From the NCBI GenBank assembly GCA_964347945.1, contig CAYGAW010000053.1:1-59205 (forward strand): 59,205 nt of DNA. Direction: 5' to 3'. Below the pieces are notes generated by a model. That model was not told where the DNA came from, ran no database searches, and saw only the letters and a list, made by a program, of their open reading frames with translations. A program made the position numbers and the translations under genes. The stretch comes from an uncultured Anaerolineales bacterium. GTDB taxonomy: Bacteria; Chloroflexota; Anaerolineae; UBA7937; B3-Chlor. Shown here piece by piece: positions 16,781 through 27,255 of this stretch; position 1 is the stretch's first letter, and every line of letters begins with the position of its first letter.

Positions 16781-17995
16781 TCAGCGTCCGCCGCTCAGGG
16801 TTGGGGCTCTCGCCCTGTAGTTCTCACCATGCTGGATTCGCCTCATCATCGCCGGATGGCTGTACAGTAGCACCTCCACCCAGCGCTCGGGATCTACCTC
16901 GGCCAGGTTTTGGTTGGCCAACTTCACCATCACCGACACGAAGGCCTCCGGTCTCCCCGTCATCTGCAAGGCGAACTCGTCCGCCATCCCCTCCCGCCAC
17001 CGCGAAAAGCCGTTGATCACAGGCGTGCTCACGGCCATGAAGGCCCCCATCACAAGCGCCAGCAACGGCAGCCCGGCCACGTCATCCAGCCCAGCGAACC
17101 CCATCACCCTCACGCCCCAACCCAGCACCACGTGGGCCAGATAAAGCCCTACCAGTGTCAACGTAGACTGCAAGATCAGCCCCCACCACATGTCGTGTCG
17201 CACCTGATGACCCAGTTCGTGCGCTAGAATGCTCTCGATCTCGTCCGGCCCGTAGTCCGAGTACAATGTGTCCCCCAATACGATGCGCCGCGTGGACCCA
17301 AGGCCCATCAGCATGGCGTTGCCGGCCTTGGTCCTGCTACTCAGGTTTATCGTGAACACGCCCTTCACCTTGGTCTTCGCCCTCTCAGCCAGCCTCGTCA
17401 GCCGCGCCACCAACTCCTCATCTCCCACCGGTGTAAGCTTGAAGAACAGCGGCACTATCAGCAGAGGAGCCACGTTTGTCAAGATAACCGTGACCAGCAG
17501 CATGAACACTGCAGTCACCAGCCACCAAAGCGACGGTAGTGACCTCAACAGGAAGTACATTACCTCAACCACCACCACCCCCAACGCCAGGCTCAGGACA
17601 CCGGCCTTTGCCTGGTCCACTACCCATCCCCTCTTGGTCTGCGTAGATAGACCATAGCGGTGAGGAAGCACGAAGCCACCATAGTACTCCAAAGGCAGGA
17701 GCAACAAACCGTAGGCCAGCGAGAAAACGAGGAAATACGCTCCCACCACCAACACCGGCTGAGTCAAGAACGCCTCGATGCCGCCTGTCATCCACGCCGA
17801 TATCCCTGTGACAAGCAACAGCACCGCGAAGCCACCCCCCAACGCCATGTCAGCTACCAACAACCGGTGTTTGAGCCTTGCATACGCCTTCGCCTCGTCC
17901 TGCCGGCGAGGATCGATATCCTCTGCGGTCAGCAGCTGCTTGGCGCAGACCCGCGATCCCGCCGGTGCGGAGTCCACAGCCGAGTGTCTATACAT
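16781..17995 (-). CDS. M48 family metallopeptidase (Ste24/HtpX-like), multi-TM
   Basis: HELGHQVRHD zinc motif and the downstream EVDPERWVEVLLYSHPAMMRRI block. N-terminal TM helices. Confidence 0.85.
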   Translation of the reverse strand: MYRHSAVDSAPAGSRVCAKQLLTAEDIDPRRQDEAKAYARLKHRLLVADMALGGGFAVLLLVTGISAWMTGGIEAFLTQPVLVVGAYFLVFSLAYGLLLLPLEYYGGFVLPHRYGLSTQTKRGWVVDQAKAGVLSLALGVVVVEVMYFLLRSLPSLWWLVTAVFMLLVTVILTNVAPLLIVPLFFKLTPVGDEELVARLTRLAERAKTKVKGVFTINLSSRTKAGNAMLMGLGSTRRIVLGDTLYSDYGPDEIESILAHELGHQVRHDMWWGLILQSTLTLVGLYLAHVVLGWGVRVMGFAGLDDVAGLPLLALVMGAFMAVSTPVINGFSRWREGMADEFALQMTGRPEAFVSVMVKLANQNLAEVDPERWVEVLLYSHPAMMRRIQHGENYRARAPTLSGGR

Positions 17996-18004
17996 GGTTT
18001 CCAG

Positions 18005-18033
18005 TTGCGATCAATCTCAACAGATGCTATACT
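18005..18033 (+). promoter_or_regulatory. candidate sigma-70 promoter TTGCGA-17-TATACT
   Basis: TTGCGA 18005..18010, TATACT 18028..18033, upstream of ATG 18123. Confidence 0.45.
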
Positions 18034-18122
18034 CTTCAGTTGCCTGACATCATAACACAAAGGGTGTGTTCGGTCAAATACTCTTACCTCACTCCTGGGA
18101 TTTTCGACCTGTGCACCACCAC

Positions 18123-18929
18123 ATGGACAACGCTGCGCCTCCCATCATCACCCTCACCACCGATTTCGGCATGGAAGATGGCAACGTCGGAGTGATGAAA
18201 GGAGTCATCCTAGGCCTGAACCCCGATGCGACCATCGTGGACCTCACTCACGATATCCCCCCTCAGGACGTCGCAGCTGCCGCCTACGTGCTGCGCCGGG
18301 CCTACGGCTACTTCCCAACGGGCACCATCCACGTGGTGGTCGTCGATCCTGGTGTCGGCACCGGCCGCCGTGCTATCGCAGTACACAGTCCCGACGCCTC
18401 CTTCGTCGCCCCTGACAACGGCGTCCTGACCTACGTGGTCCAGCAACTCCGCGCCGCACACCAGGAGCTGCGCATCGTAAACCTCACCAACCGACGGTAC
18501 TGGTTGCCCCAGGTGAGCAACGTCTTCCACGGTCGCGACATCTTTGCCCCCGTAGCCGCCCACCTTTCGCTCGGCGTCCAGATCGACGCCCTTGGCACGC
18601 AGCTTGATGACATCGTGACGATCCCCCTGCCCCGCCTTGAGATCCACAGACGGAAGATCACCGGTCAGGTAGCTCACGTCGACCATTTCGGCAATCTATT
18701 GACAAACATCCCACGCTCAGACTTGCTCTCTCTCGGAGACCGCCTGATTGTCAGACTAGCTGAGAGAGAGATAAAGGGTGTCAGCAACACCTTTGCCCAG
18801 GGCGAAGACGGGGAACTCATCGCTTACATCGACAGTTCAGCCCACCTAGCCATAGCCGTGGTCAACGGTAGCGCACAACGACTGCTGAACAGCAGCGTGG
18901 GCACATCGGTCGAGGTACAGCCTTCCTAG
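18123..18929 (+). CDS. SAM hydrolase / SAM-dependent halogenase family protein (DUF62, SAM hydroxide adenosyltransferase-like)
   Basis: ITLTTDFGMEDGNVGVMKGVI, VVVDPGVGT and FHGRDIFAP motifs. Start set at MDNAAPPI (ATG 18123). Confidence 0.85.
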   Translation: MDNAAPPIITLTTDFGMEDGNVGVMKGVILGLNPDATIVDLTHDIPPQDVAAAAYVLRRAYGYFPTGTIHVVVVDPGVGTGRRAIAVHSPDASFVAPDNGVLTYVVQQLRAAHQELRIVNLTNRRYWLPQVSNVFHGRDIFAPVAAHLSLGVQIDALGTQLDDIVTIPLPRLEIHRRKITGQVAHVDHFGNLLTNIPRSDLLSLGDRLIVRLAEREIKGVSNTFAQGEDGELIAYIDSSAHLAIAVVNGSAQRLLNSSVGTSVEVQPS

Positions 18930-18955
18930 GCAACGTCTATACATCGGGAGCAGCT

Positions 18956-19546
18956 GTGAGCGAGCGCTTGATATTCGAGGAAGAGATAGAAGCCTTGATC
19001 GCCCGGTTTGGTCACCCTCGGAGACACACCTGCACCATTGACGTCACCCACCAGACGTTCCATACCTGGATCCGGAAGATATCCACCGGGCCCGTGGCCT
19101 GTCGCGGCGAGGTAGTAATGGTTGTCGTTCGCCCCAACGGCAACGTCCTCTTGCACACCAAGCACTTCTACCCGCACGGAGTCTACCGCCTCCCCAGCGG
19201 TCGTGTCCTGTGGCAAGAGACGGTGGAAGAGACCCTACATCGCGAACTCAAAGAGGAGACCAACCTTGACGTGAAGGTCGAGCGATTTGTGGGCCTCATC
19301 GAATACGAACTCAAATGCAAGGACAGTTGCATTCCCTTCGTCTCCTACGTCTTCCAGGTACGTGAGGTGGGCGGCCAACTCTGCTGCCTCGACGACCGAG
19401 AGGGAATCACCGACTTCCGCGAAGCATCCCTGGGGGACCTCGCCAGCGTGGCCGCACAGTTGGAGCGGCTTGAGCCTCGGTGGCGAGACTGGGGCAACTT
19501 CAGGGCCATCGCTCACCGCATGGTAGAGGAACTGCTCGGAGACTGA
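18956..19546 (+). CDS. NUDIX hydrolase
   Basis: Nudix box GRVLWQETVEETLHRELKEETNL. GTG start. Confidence 0.85.
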   Translation: MSERLIFEEEIEALIARFGHPRRHTCTIDVTHQTFHTWIRKISTGPVACRGEVVMVVVRPNGNVLLHTKHFYPHGVYRLPSGRVLWQETVEETLHRELKEETNLDVKVERFVGLIEYELKCKDSCIPFVSYVFQVREVGGQLCCLDDREGITDFREASLGDLASVAAQLERLEPRWRDWGNFRAIAHRMVEELLGD

Positions 19547-19695
19547 CTGCCTCCCTTGTCTTGTATGCCAAACCTCGCCGCTCTCACCTCGATCCTCATC
19601 GTTCCTAAGCTTATCTGACAGCCTCACCAGCAGCGGGATCTCCAGGCGCGACGACGAGAAAACCTTGCACTTCAATCTCTCTCCCTCACCACGCC

Positions 19696-20712
19696 CTAAC
19701 TGCCACTAAAATGATCCCACCCCCCTCCTCTTATAGGAACCTCCTCGCCGTTTGCCAGTTCTATCCAGCGCCCCGCATCTCCAGGAAGCACCTCGCCAAT
19801 GCATGTTACTCTGGTACCCGTCGCTTCACCCACCAACGCCACCACTTCCCTTTCGGCCTCCCGCGGTACAGTGAAACAAAGCTCGTAGTCCTCCCCGCCC
19901 CCCACCGCCAGCGCCCAATCCGCCCTACCCATCAGCGCCGCAATCCTCTGAGTCGCCTCCGATATAGGCAGCCGCTCCGCCCACAGGCGTACCCCCACAT
20001 CGCTCCTTTCACAAATGTGACCGATGTCGCTGCTCAGCCCGTCGCTGAGGTCGATCATGGCACTCGTCCGTCCATCGCTGGCGATGGCGCGCCCCTCCCT
20101 AATCCTCGGCGTCGGCGTCAGATACGCGTCCCGGACTCGGTCCGCTCCTTCCCTCTCCACCGCCAAGTCGGCCTGGCGCATGAGGGCCAGCCCCGCCGCC
20201 GCCTCACCCAACCACCCGGTCACCAACACCCGGTCCCCAGGGCGAGCGCCCGAGCGCAGAAGCACTTCCTCACGCCTCACCCGACCAAGGAGGAACAGAT
20301 CCACCACGATAGGGCCCTCCGTCCTGGACATGTTGCCGCCCACTATGTCAGCGCCGTACGCAGCTATCTCCTCCCGCAGACCATCGTAGAGTGCCTCCAC
20401 CCAACTAACCTCCAGTTCCGGCCGCAACGCCAGCGAGACTAAGCAGTGTTGCGGAATGCCTCCCTTGGCTGCGATATCGCTCAGGTTGATCGCCGCCGCC
20501 TTGCGCCCCAATTGATACGGTGTGACCAACTGGGTCAGGAAATGAATCCCTTCTACCTGGATATCACACGTGGCCAGTTGATATGTCTCGCGGTCCAGCT
20601 CCAACACCGCGACGTCGTCCCCGACGCCCACATACACGTCATCGAGGTACCCCGGCAGGCGTCCGGCTATTCTCTCGATCAAGGGGAATTCACCCAAATC
20701 CGAGACTCTCAT
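19696..20712 (-). CDS. thiL: thiamine-monophosphate kinase
   Basis: GEFPLIERI...GVGDDVAVL N-terminus and AIR-synthase-related fold motifs (ATCDIQVEGIHF, GGEDYEL). Confidence 0.9.
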   Translation of the reverse strand: MRVSDLGEFPLIERIAGRLPGYLDDVYVGVGDDVAVLELDRETYQLATCDIQVEGIHFLTQLVTPYQLGRKAAAINLSDIAAKGGIPQHCLVSLALRPELEVSWVEALYDGLREEIAAYGADIVGGNMSRTEGPIVVDLFLLGRVRREEVLLRSGARPGDRVLVTGWLGEAAAGLALMRQADLAVEREGADRVRDAYLTPTPRIREGRAIASDGRTSAMIDLSDGLSSDIGHICERSDVGVRLWAERLPISEATQRIAALMGRADWALAVGGGEDYELCFTVPREAEREVVALVGEATGTRVTCIGEVLPGDAGRWIELANGEEVPIRGGGWDHFSGS

Positions 20713-20869
20713 TCTCGTCAGCCTCCACGTCTCTCAGTGGCTGTGACCAAACAGCCTTCGCACAGGCTTCAACTTCCCTCTCCGCTCGTCCCCCGCCCCG
20801 AGCGCCTCTTTATCAAGCTGGCAGCCCTTGTGTGGTGCAGGGCTCGGCCGCCTCACGTCCCAAGCACAC

Positions 20870-20901
20870 AAAAAAACCCGCACGGCTTCTCCCATGCGGG
20901 T
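20870..20901 (-). terminator. intrinsic terminator downstream of tRNA-Asn
   Basis: Minus strand ACCCGCA-N12-TGCGGGT followed by T7. Confidence 0.6.
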
Positions 20902-20947
20902 TGGACGGCGGGCGACGACTGTGCACCTCAAACACGCCCTTTCCAGG

Positions 20948-21020
20948 CTCCTCGGGCAGGACTCGAACCTACAACCCGCCGGTTAACAGCCGGCTGCTCT
21001 ACCAGTTGAGCTACCGAGGA
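20948..21020 (-). tRNA. tRNA-Asn (anticodon GTT)
   Basis: Manual cloverleaf: acceptor TCCTCGG/CCGAGGA, D arm GCTC/GAGC, anticodon stem GCCGG/CCGGC with loop CTGTTAA, T arm GTAGG-TTCGAGT-CCTGC, discriminator G. CCA is not encoded. Confidence 0.95.
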
Positions 21021-21064
21021 ACGACCTTAAGCATATTATACTGCGCAGCCAGCCTCTAGTCAAC

Positions 21065-22729
21065 TCACCCCAGGTAGTCTCGCAGCTTGCGACTCGACTT
21101 GGGGTGTCGGAGCTTTCGCAGCGCCTTCGCCTCTATTTGGCGGACACGCTCCCGCGTCACGCCCAGCGTCCTTCCGACCTCCTCCAAAGTCCGACTTTGC
21201 CCATCCCTAAGTCCGAAACGCAACGTCAAGACCTTGCGCTCCCTCTCGCTGAGCGACTCCAGTAGATCACTCATTTGCTCTCGAAGCAGCTCTCGCGATG
21301 CGGTATCGATGGGACCAGGAATAGATTCATCCTCTATGAAATCCGCCAGGGAACTGTCTTCCCCGCTACCAATGGGCATCTCCAACGACATGGGCTCCTG
21401 GGAAATGCGGATAATCCGCCTCACTTTGGCGGCTGCCCTCCTCCACCTCCGCTGCAAGATGGAGTCGACGGGCTCGTCATTGCTTCGCGCTTTCACAATG
21501 GCCAGCTTGTCCTCATCGGACAGCAATCCCTCCATCTGCAGCGCTATCTCCTCAGCTGAGGGCTCTCTTCCTAACTCCTGTGTGAGCCGACGTGACGTCC
21601 GCAGCACTCGATTGATGTCCTCCACCACATGGATAGGGATGCGAATGGTACGCCCTTGGTCGGCGATGGCGCGGCCGATACCCTGCCGGATCCACCACGT
21701 AGCATAGGTACTGAACTTAAAGCCGCGCCGGTAGTCGAACTTCTCCACTGCCCGCAGGAGGCCGATGTTGCCCTCCTGGATCACGTCCAAGAACGTAATC
21801 CCCCTCCCCATGTACTGCTTGGCCACGCTCACAACCAGACGCAAGTTGGCCACGATCAGAACTTTGCGGGAGAAGGTTGCCAACTCGTCCACGGCCTCGA
21901 ACCTGTCTAAAATCGCGCTGTGGCTTTCCCGCGTCGCGGGCAAGTACTTCCGTTTTGTGGGAATCCTACCAGTCTTACGAAAGTGGGACCCTATCAGAGC
22001 CCTCAATTCAGGCGGTAGTAGATAGAAGTCGAGACAAAGATCGTGTATCTTCCTGGTGAGCATGTCCCATTCAGTCGCTAGCAGGTCCTGCCCGTCGCCG
22101 TCGCCCTCACTCTCTGACGACTCCAGGACGATGGCCAGTTCATCCGTTTCGGCAAAGTCTTCCTCGCCGATACTACTCAGATAATCAGTCAGGTATGATT
22201 CCTCACCGGCTTGTACCACCGGTCGGGAAATTGTTTCTATCTCACCGGCCAGTTTCGCCAACTCCGGCGCAGGGACCCCCAACTGGTCACAGAGCGCTGT
22301 GATAGTTTCCCAATCCGCCCGCAGCGATTCTTGAGCCCTCGTTGCGATCTGCAGCCACGCCTCTTCGCCACTCTCGCCGCTAACTTGCTGTCCGATCTCG
22401 TCAAGGTACCGAGGCGCCATCATCTTCATGCTGTGCCATTTCTCGTCGGCTGCCGACAGCAGAGAAACATGCCCTATTTCCCTCAGATACATCCTTACCG
22501 GGTCGCTGGATTCCAGCCCCTCCAGATCCAGAAGAGCGTCAAGGGAAACATCGACGTCCTCCTCCTGGGCCGTCGAAGGCTCTTCCATCGTCGTTCCCGC
22601 TAGTTCCTCGTCCGGAGAAACGGCTGTGTCGTCCACAGATTCACGCACTCCCTCCACCTTATTCGTGGAGGTCCCTTCTTCCACGTTTACTTCTTCGATC
22701 TCTAGGCTCCCGTCGGACGGCTCCGACAT
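21065..22729 (-). CDS. rpoD: primary RNA polymerase sigma factor
   Basis: Regions 1.2 ([11 protein letters not shown]), 2 ([33 protein letters not shown]), 3 and 4 ([15 protein letters not shown]...TLEEVG...[10 protein letters not shown]). Start placed at MSEPSDG; the ORF opens at 22771. Confidence 0.95.
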   Translation of the reverse strand: MSEPSDGSLEIEEVNVEEGTSTNKVEGVRESVDDTAVSPDEELAGTTMEEPSTAQEEDVDVSLDALLDLEGLESSDPVRMYLREIGHVSLLSAADEKWHSMKMMAPRYLDEIGQQVSGESGEEAWLQIATRAQESLRADWETITALCDQLGVPAPELAKLAGEIETISRPVVQAGEESYLTDYLSSIGEEDFAETDELAIVLESSESEGDGDGQDLLATEWDMLTRKIHDLCLDFYLLPPELRALIGSHFRKTGRIPTKRKYLPATRESHSAILDRFEAVDELATFSRKVLIVANLRLVVSVAKQYMGRGITFLDVIQEGNIGLLRAVEKFDYRRGFKFSTYATWWIRQGIGRAIADQGRTIRIPIHVVEDINRVLRTSRRLTQELGREPSAEEIALQMEGLLSDEDKLAIVKARSNDEPVDSILQRRWRRAAAKVRRIIRISQEPMSLEMPIGSGEDSSLADFIEDESIPGPIDTASRELLREQMSDLLESLSERERKVLTLRFGLRDGQSRTLEEVGRTLGVTRERVRQIEAKALRKLRHPKSSRKLRDYLG

Positions 22730-22780
22730 CCTGACTCCCACCATCCGTCCTCGGACCTGGGCAGGCACCACCGGTCCTCC

Positions 22781-24658
22781 TCATCGTGCGTCTTCCCGCG
22801 CCCACGCGCCCTTGGATTCTCTCTCCCTCTCACGCTGCTGAATCCTCTGTCTCAGAGAATCAACTCTCTCCCGCAGCGCCAGTTCATCCTCACCACCTTG
22901 GCGCGCATCGTGAAGAAGACTCTCTAGCTGCCCTAACTCCCTCCGATCGTTTCGATCCCTCAGCCTGGACACGGTCCGTCGGATCTCCTCCGGCAAATCC
23001 TCTTCTCGCAGGCGGGGTCCCTTCGCTTCAGACTCAAGTATGACCGCCAGATGCTGAACAAGGAGCGGATCTAGTGCGTCGCGGAACTCACCGATATCGA
23101 GGGCGCCCTCCCGCTCTATCGAATCCAGCAAAGCCGCGAAAATGGAGCGGTTCTCTGGCGCGAAGAAATCGTCCGCCGCCAATTCCTCGACTTCATGCAC
23201 GAATGTAGGCGCCTTCAGTAGCAGGGCCAGACAGTAGTTCTCCAATGCAGCCGAGGATTGCACGATGGACAGTAGGCCAGAATCTGCATGAGGCGTCTCC
23301 GCCCTGCCTCGGCCCTTGAACCGACTCAGTTCGGCAGCCAACAGCCTCTCATCTATTCTAACTAGGCCGGCCAGTTTCTGCAAATAATGGGCACGCTCGA
23401 TCCCGTCTCCTATCTCTGCGATCAGTGCCAGCAGCTCCTGAACCAACGCAGATTTCCCCTGGGCTGTGTCGAGCTCGACGCCGCCGGTGGCCATTTGGAA
23501 GTAGTAGTCCATGAGCGGCAGCGCCTCCTCCACCAGTCGCGCCCAGCGCTCCGGTTCCTCTCTAATCACATCATCTGGATCCTGGCCGGGCGGCATGGTG
23601 ATGACCTTGATGTTGGAGTCCACGTATCTCTTCAACCATATGTGCTCGTAGGTCTCCCTGATCTCTGGACTTCGACGGTGCTCCACCCCATAGTGCTTCT
23701 TGACCACTTCCAAGCCCCTGAGGCTGGCCTGCTCTCCTGCCGCGTCGGCGTCCATGGCCAAAGTGAAGCTCTTGGTTACCTTCCTCAGGATTCGCACCTG
23801 GTTCTCGGTCAGGGCGGTGCCCATGGAGGCCACGACATTCCGGAACCCGTGCTGATTCGCCATCAGCACGTCCATGTATCCCTCCACGATGATGGCAGTG
23901 CCTTCCTCGCGAATGGCCTCCTTCGCCAGATGGATGCCATAGAGAATGCCGCCCTTGTCGAAGACGGGCGTCTGCGGAGTGTTCACGTACTTGGGCTCGG
24001 CATCGCCCAGGGCGCGCGCGCCAAACCCCAGAACCGCACCCCTATCATCGCAGATCGGGAAGACCAAGCGCCCCCGGAAACGGTCGTAGCATCCACCGCT
24101 CTCCCGCTCGACGGTCAGACCAGCGGCGAACACATCCGCCTCCCGGTACCCCTTTGCTGACAAATGCTGGCTCAGAGCCTCCCAGTCGGGCAGAGAATAG
24201 CCCAACTGGAAAGCCCTCCACGTTTCGGCTCGAATCTCGCGCCCGGCCAAGTAGTCTCGCGCAATCTCTCCGTCGGTCGAATGGATCAGAAGATGGTTGA
24301 AGTATTGGGCAGCAGCCGCGTTGATCTCGTGCAGTAGCTTGCGCCGCTTGTCTTCCACCTTCTGAGCCTCTGTGCGCGGAGCCAGAGGTATCCCCGCCCG
24401 CTGTGCCAGTTCCCGCAAGGCCTCCGAGAACTCCAGGTTCTCCTTCTTCATCAGGAAGGTGAAAACGTCTCCTCCGCTGGCGCACGCCCCAAAACAGTAC
24501 CACCTCTGCCCATCGGGGAAAACGACAAACGAGGGGGTGGTGTCAGCGTGAAATGGACACAGCCCCTTATAGTTCCGTCCCGCTTTCTTCAACGGCACGT
24601 AGGTGGAGATGAACTCGACGATGTCTATTCTGTCCTTGATCTCGTCAGTGACGTCCAT
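22781..24658 (-). CDS. dnaG: DNA primase
   Basis: Zn-finger CPFHADTTPSFVV...CFGC and TOPRIM IIVEGYMDV...DADAAG. Directly upstream of rpoD. Confidence 0.95.
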   Translation of the reverse strand: MDVTDEIKDRIDIVEFISTYVPLKKAGRNYKGLCPFHADTTPSFVVFPDGQRWYCFGACASGGDVFTFLMKKENLEFSEALRELAQRAGIPLAPRTEAQKVEDKRRKLLHEINAAAAQYFNHLLIHSTDGEIARDYLAGREIRAETWRAFQLGYSLPDWEALSQHLSAKGYREADVFAAGLTVERESGGCYDRFRGRLVFPICDDRGAVLGFGARALGDAEPKYVNTPQTPVFDKGGILYGIHLAKEAIREEGTAIIVEGYMDVLMANQHGFRNVVASMGTALTENQVRILRKVTKSFTLAMDADAAGEQASLRGLEVVKKHYGVEHRRSPEIRETYEHIWLKRYVDSNIKVITMPPGQDPDDVIREEPERWARLVEEALPLMDYYFQMATGGVELDTAQGKSALVQELLALIAEIGDGIERAHYLQKLAGLVRIDERLLAAELSRFKGRGRAETPHADSGLLSIVQSSAALENYCLALLLKAPTFVHEVEELAADDFFAPENRSIFAALLDSIEREGALDIGEFRDALDPLLVQHLAVILESEAKGPRLREEDLPEEIRRTVSRLRDRNDRRELGQLESLLHDARQGGEDELALRERVDSLRQRIQQRERERESKGAWAREDAR

Positions 24659-24676
24659 TGCTCTGGCGAGAGATCT

Positions 24677-26206
24677 CTACTTGGCGTAGTCTACGGCCCT
24701 CTTCTCGCGTATGACGGTGACCTTGATCTGCCCCGGATACTCAAGATTCTCCTCCACCTTGCGAGCCACATCCTTCGATAGGCGCAGGATGCCCAGGTCG
24801 TCAATCTCGTCTGGCCTGACCACGATCCTTATCTCGCGACCCGCCTGGATGGCGTAGCATTCGCTGATCCCCTGGAAGGAACTGGCCACCTCCTCCAAAG
24901 CCTTGATGCGCCTGAAATAGGTCTCCAGGCTCTCGCGGCGCGCTCCAGGGCGCCCTCCCGATATGGCATCCGCTGCCGCCACCAGCACCGCCTCGACGCT
25001 TTGGGCTTCCTCTTCCTGGTGGTGAGCGGCGACCGCATTGACCAGCCCCGCCGACTTGCCGTGGCGCCTGGCGATATCAGCGCCGATCAAAGCGTGGGGC
25101 CCCTCCACCTCGTGATCGACCGCCTTGCCGATGTCATGCAACAAGCCTCCCTCCTTGGCCAGCCGGACATCAGCGCCAACCTCGGCAGCCATCATCCCCG
25201 CGAGGTGCGCTGTCTGTATGGAGTGTTCCAACTGGTTCTGGCCATAGCTGGTCCTGTACCTCAACCTTCCCAGCAGCTTGACCAGTTCAGGGTGCATCCC
25301 TGTCACACCCACGTCGAAGACCGCTCGCTCCCCCTCCTCCTGGATAATAGCTTCCACCTCTCGCTTGGATTTCGACACCACCTCCTCGATCCGCCCCGGA
25401 TGGATGCGCCCGTCCATGATGAGTTTGGTGAGCGACAAACGGGCGATTTCACGCCTTACTGGATCGAAACTGGAGATGGTCACTGCTTCGGGCGTGTCAT
25501 CAACGATCAGATCCACACCTGCGGCGTTCTCCAGAGCTCTGATGTTGCGACCCCCACGTCCGATAATGCGACCCTTCAACTCATCGCTAGGCAAATCCAC
25601 CGTCGAGACACTGACCTCTGCCACTTCCTCGGAGGCATAGCGCTGAATGGCCTCGCTGATGACCTTCCGAGCCTTTCGATCCGCCGTCTCCCTCGCCTCC
25701 TGTTCCACCTCGCGTATTACGCGGGCCATCTCCTGACGGCTCTCCTCCTCGACGGTTCGCAAAAGCAGGTCCGTGGCCTCCTCTCTGCTCAGGGAGGAGA
25801 TGGCTTCCAACTCCTCAGTGCGCCTTTGTTTGAGTTCCTCCAGCTCCGCCTCGGTCTGCTTCAGCCTAGTCTCTTGAGCAGCAGCTTTCCTTTCCCGCTC
25901 CTCGAGGGGTTCCAGACGACGCTCCAGGCTCTCCTGCCTCTTCTGCAGGCGCTCCTCCTGATTGCGCACGCGCCTGCGCCTCTGCTTCAGTTCTTCCTCT
26001 CCCTCTCGCAGTATGTTGAGCGACTCATCCTTGGCCTCCAGCAGCATCTCCTTCTGCTTCGTCTCCGCATCGGCCACGATCTGCTCCGCCTCTGCTTGAG
26101 CCTCTTTCACTTTGGACGTAGCCAAGTACTGCCTAACCACATAGCCCACCGCGAATCCGCCGAAGGCTGCGGCTAGTAATCCCAATGCGACCATAATAGG
26201 TTCCAT
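24677..26206 (-). CDS. rny: ribonuclease Y
   Basis: N-terminal TM, long Glu/Lys/Arg coiled coil, KH ([15 protein letters not shown]) and HD (LLHDIGK) domains. Confidence 0.95.
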   Translation of the reverse strand: MEPIMVALGLLAAAFGGFAVGYVVRQYLATSKVKEAQAEAEQIVADAETKQKEMLLEAKDESLNILREGEEELKQRRRRVRNQEERLQKRQESLERRLEPLEERERKAAAQETRLKQTEAELEELKQRRTEELEAISSLSREEATDLLLRTVEEESRQEMARVIREVEQEARETADRKARKVISEAIQRYASEEVAEVSVSTVDLPSDELKGRIIGRGGRNIRALENAAGVDLIVDDTPEAVTISSFDPVRREIARLSLTKLIMDGRIHPGRIEEVVSKSKREVEAIIQEEGERAVFDVGVTGMHPELVKLLGRLRYRTSYGQNQLEHSIQTAHLAGMMAAEVGADVRLAKEGGLLHDIGKAVDHEVEGPHALIGADIARRHGKSAGLVNAVAAHHQEEEAQSVEAVLVAAADAISGGRPGARRESLETYFRRIKALEEVASSFQGISECYAIQAGREIRIVVRPDEIDDLGILRLSKDVARKVEENLEYPGQIKVTVIREKRAVDYAK

Positions 26207-26247
26207 CTGCCGCTACACTCCTTTCCAACACTTCCCACACACGGTGG

Positions 26248-26889
26248 CTAACTGTCCTCCCCGCCTTCCTCAGCACTCTGCTGAAGTAGACGCGATACCG
26301 TTTCCCTTACCACCTCGTAACCGAAACCTCGTCGCCGAAGGAAGCCGTACATCTTTTGACGAAAAACGCGATCATCCAGATGATCATACCTCTGGGCCTG
26401 ACTCACGGCAGCCCGATAAGCACTCTCCTCCTCATCAATCTCACTCAAGACCTCTGCTATCAGTTCGTCGTCGATTCCCTTTTGCCGCAATTCGTGCCGC
26501 AAGGCGCGGCGACCCCGGGGTTTGAAGGTCTCTCGGTTCTCCACCCAGTACCGGGCGAACGCCCCGTCGTCCAGCAGCCCTGCCGCGCTCAGCCGCTCCA
26601 GAACCGCCTCGCCGACCTCCGTGGAGACCTGCTTTTTCCTCAGGTAACGCCTCAACTCAGCACTGCTACGTGGGCGATAGGCCAGGTAATCAAGAGCCCT
26701 ATCGTACGCCTTCTGGACAGCGTCCCGTGACTGCAGCTCTCGGATTTCCTCCTCAGAGAGGATATCCCCGCGCTTCAGCGACGCTGCTACGCCCATCGCT
26801 AGGCTGAAACCGTACTCGCCGTCAAGATAGACGTTGACTCGATCCATTTTCCTCTTCTGGACCTTGATCTCGGTGATCTCGCCTGCCAC
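26248..26889 (-). CDS. recX: recombination regulator RecX
   Basis: RecX-type three-repeat helical protein (ALDYLAYRPRSSAELRRYLRKK..., GFLRRRGF). Sits between recA and rny. Confidence 0.85.
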   Translation of the reverse strand: MAGEITEIKVQKRKMDRVNVYLDGEYGFSLAMGVAASLKRGDILSEEEIRELQSRDAVQKAYDRALDYLAYRPRSSAELRRYLRKKQVSTEVGEAVLERLSAAGLLDDGAFARYWVENRETFKPRGRRALRHELRQKGIDDELIAEVLSEIDEEESAYRAAVSQAQRYDHLDDRVFRQKMYGFLRRRGFGYEVVRETVSRLLQQSAEEGGEDS

Positions 26890-26905
26890 GTCAAGCGCTC
26901 AGAAC

Positions 26906-26933
26906 AAAAAAGGCTGTGGCGCACAGCCACAGC
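26906..26933 (-). terminator. intrinsic terminator in the recA-recX spacer
   Basis: Minus strand GCTGTGGC-TGTGC-GCCACAGC then C and T6. Lies 17 nt upstream of the recX start and about 320 nt downstream of the recA stop. Confidence 0.6.
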
Positions 26934-27255
26934 TACGGAAGGCAGAGCAGTAGTGCCTGCCTAGAGATAAAGGGAGAATCCTCTTGTAGCCCGTCGCTTT
27001 AGTACGACGGCCTATCCCTCAACACCCGGCTTCTGAAGTACTCCGTTATGCGGTGAGCTCTGAGACCCCAGGTTCAACTGTGGTGCAGTTCACAATCCCC
27101 GTCTGCCGCGCCATTAGAAACTTGGTCACATGAAACTCGCCGCCCACTTCGCTTCTTCCTCTTCCAAGACCAATCGCTGAGGGAAAGGAGCGCTCCCCCT
27201 CCATCACGTAAGATGCTGAGTCCCTAGCTATGGGTCTGTGCAGCGTCCGGCTACT

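Noticed and set aside
19711-20442. 243-aa plus-strand ORF
   Set aside because: It is antisense to thiL.
25001-26176. 391-aa plus-strand ORF
   Set aside because: It is antisense to rny, which has clear KH and HD domains.
27046-27204. 52-aa minus-strand ORF (MEGERSFPSAIGLGRGRSEVGG...) in the recA-recX spacer
   Set aside because: No SD, and a Gly/Arg-rich composition typical of random GC-rich frames. The spacer is kept as an RNA candidate instead.
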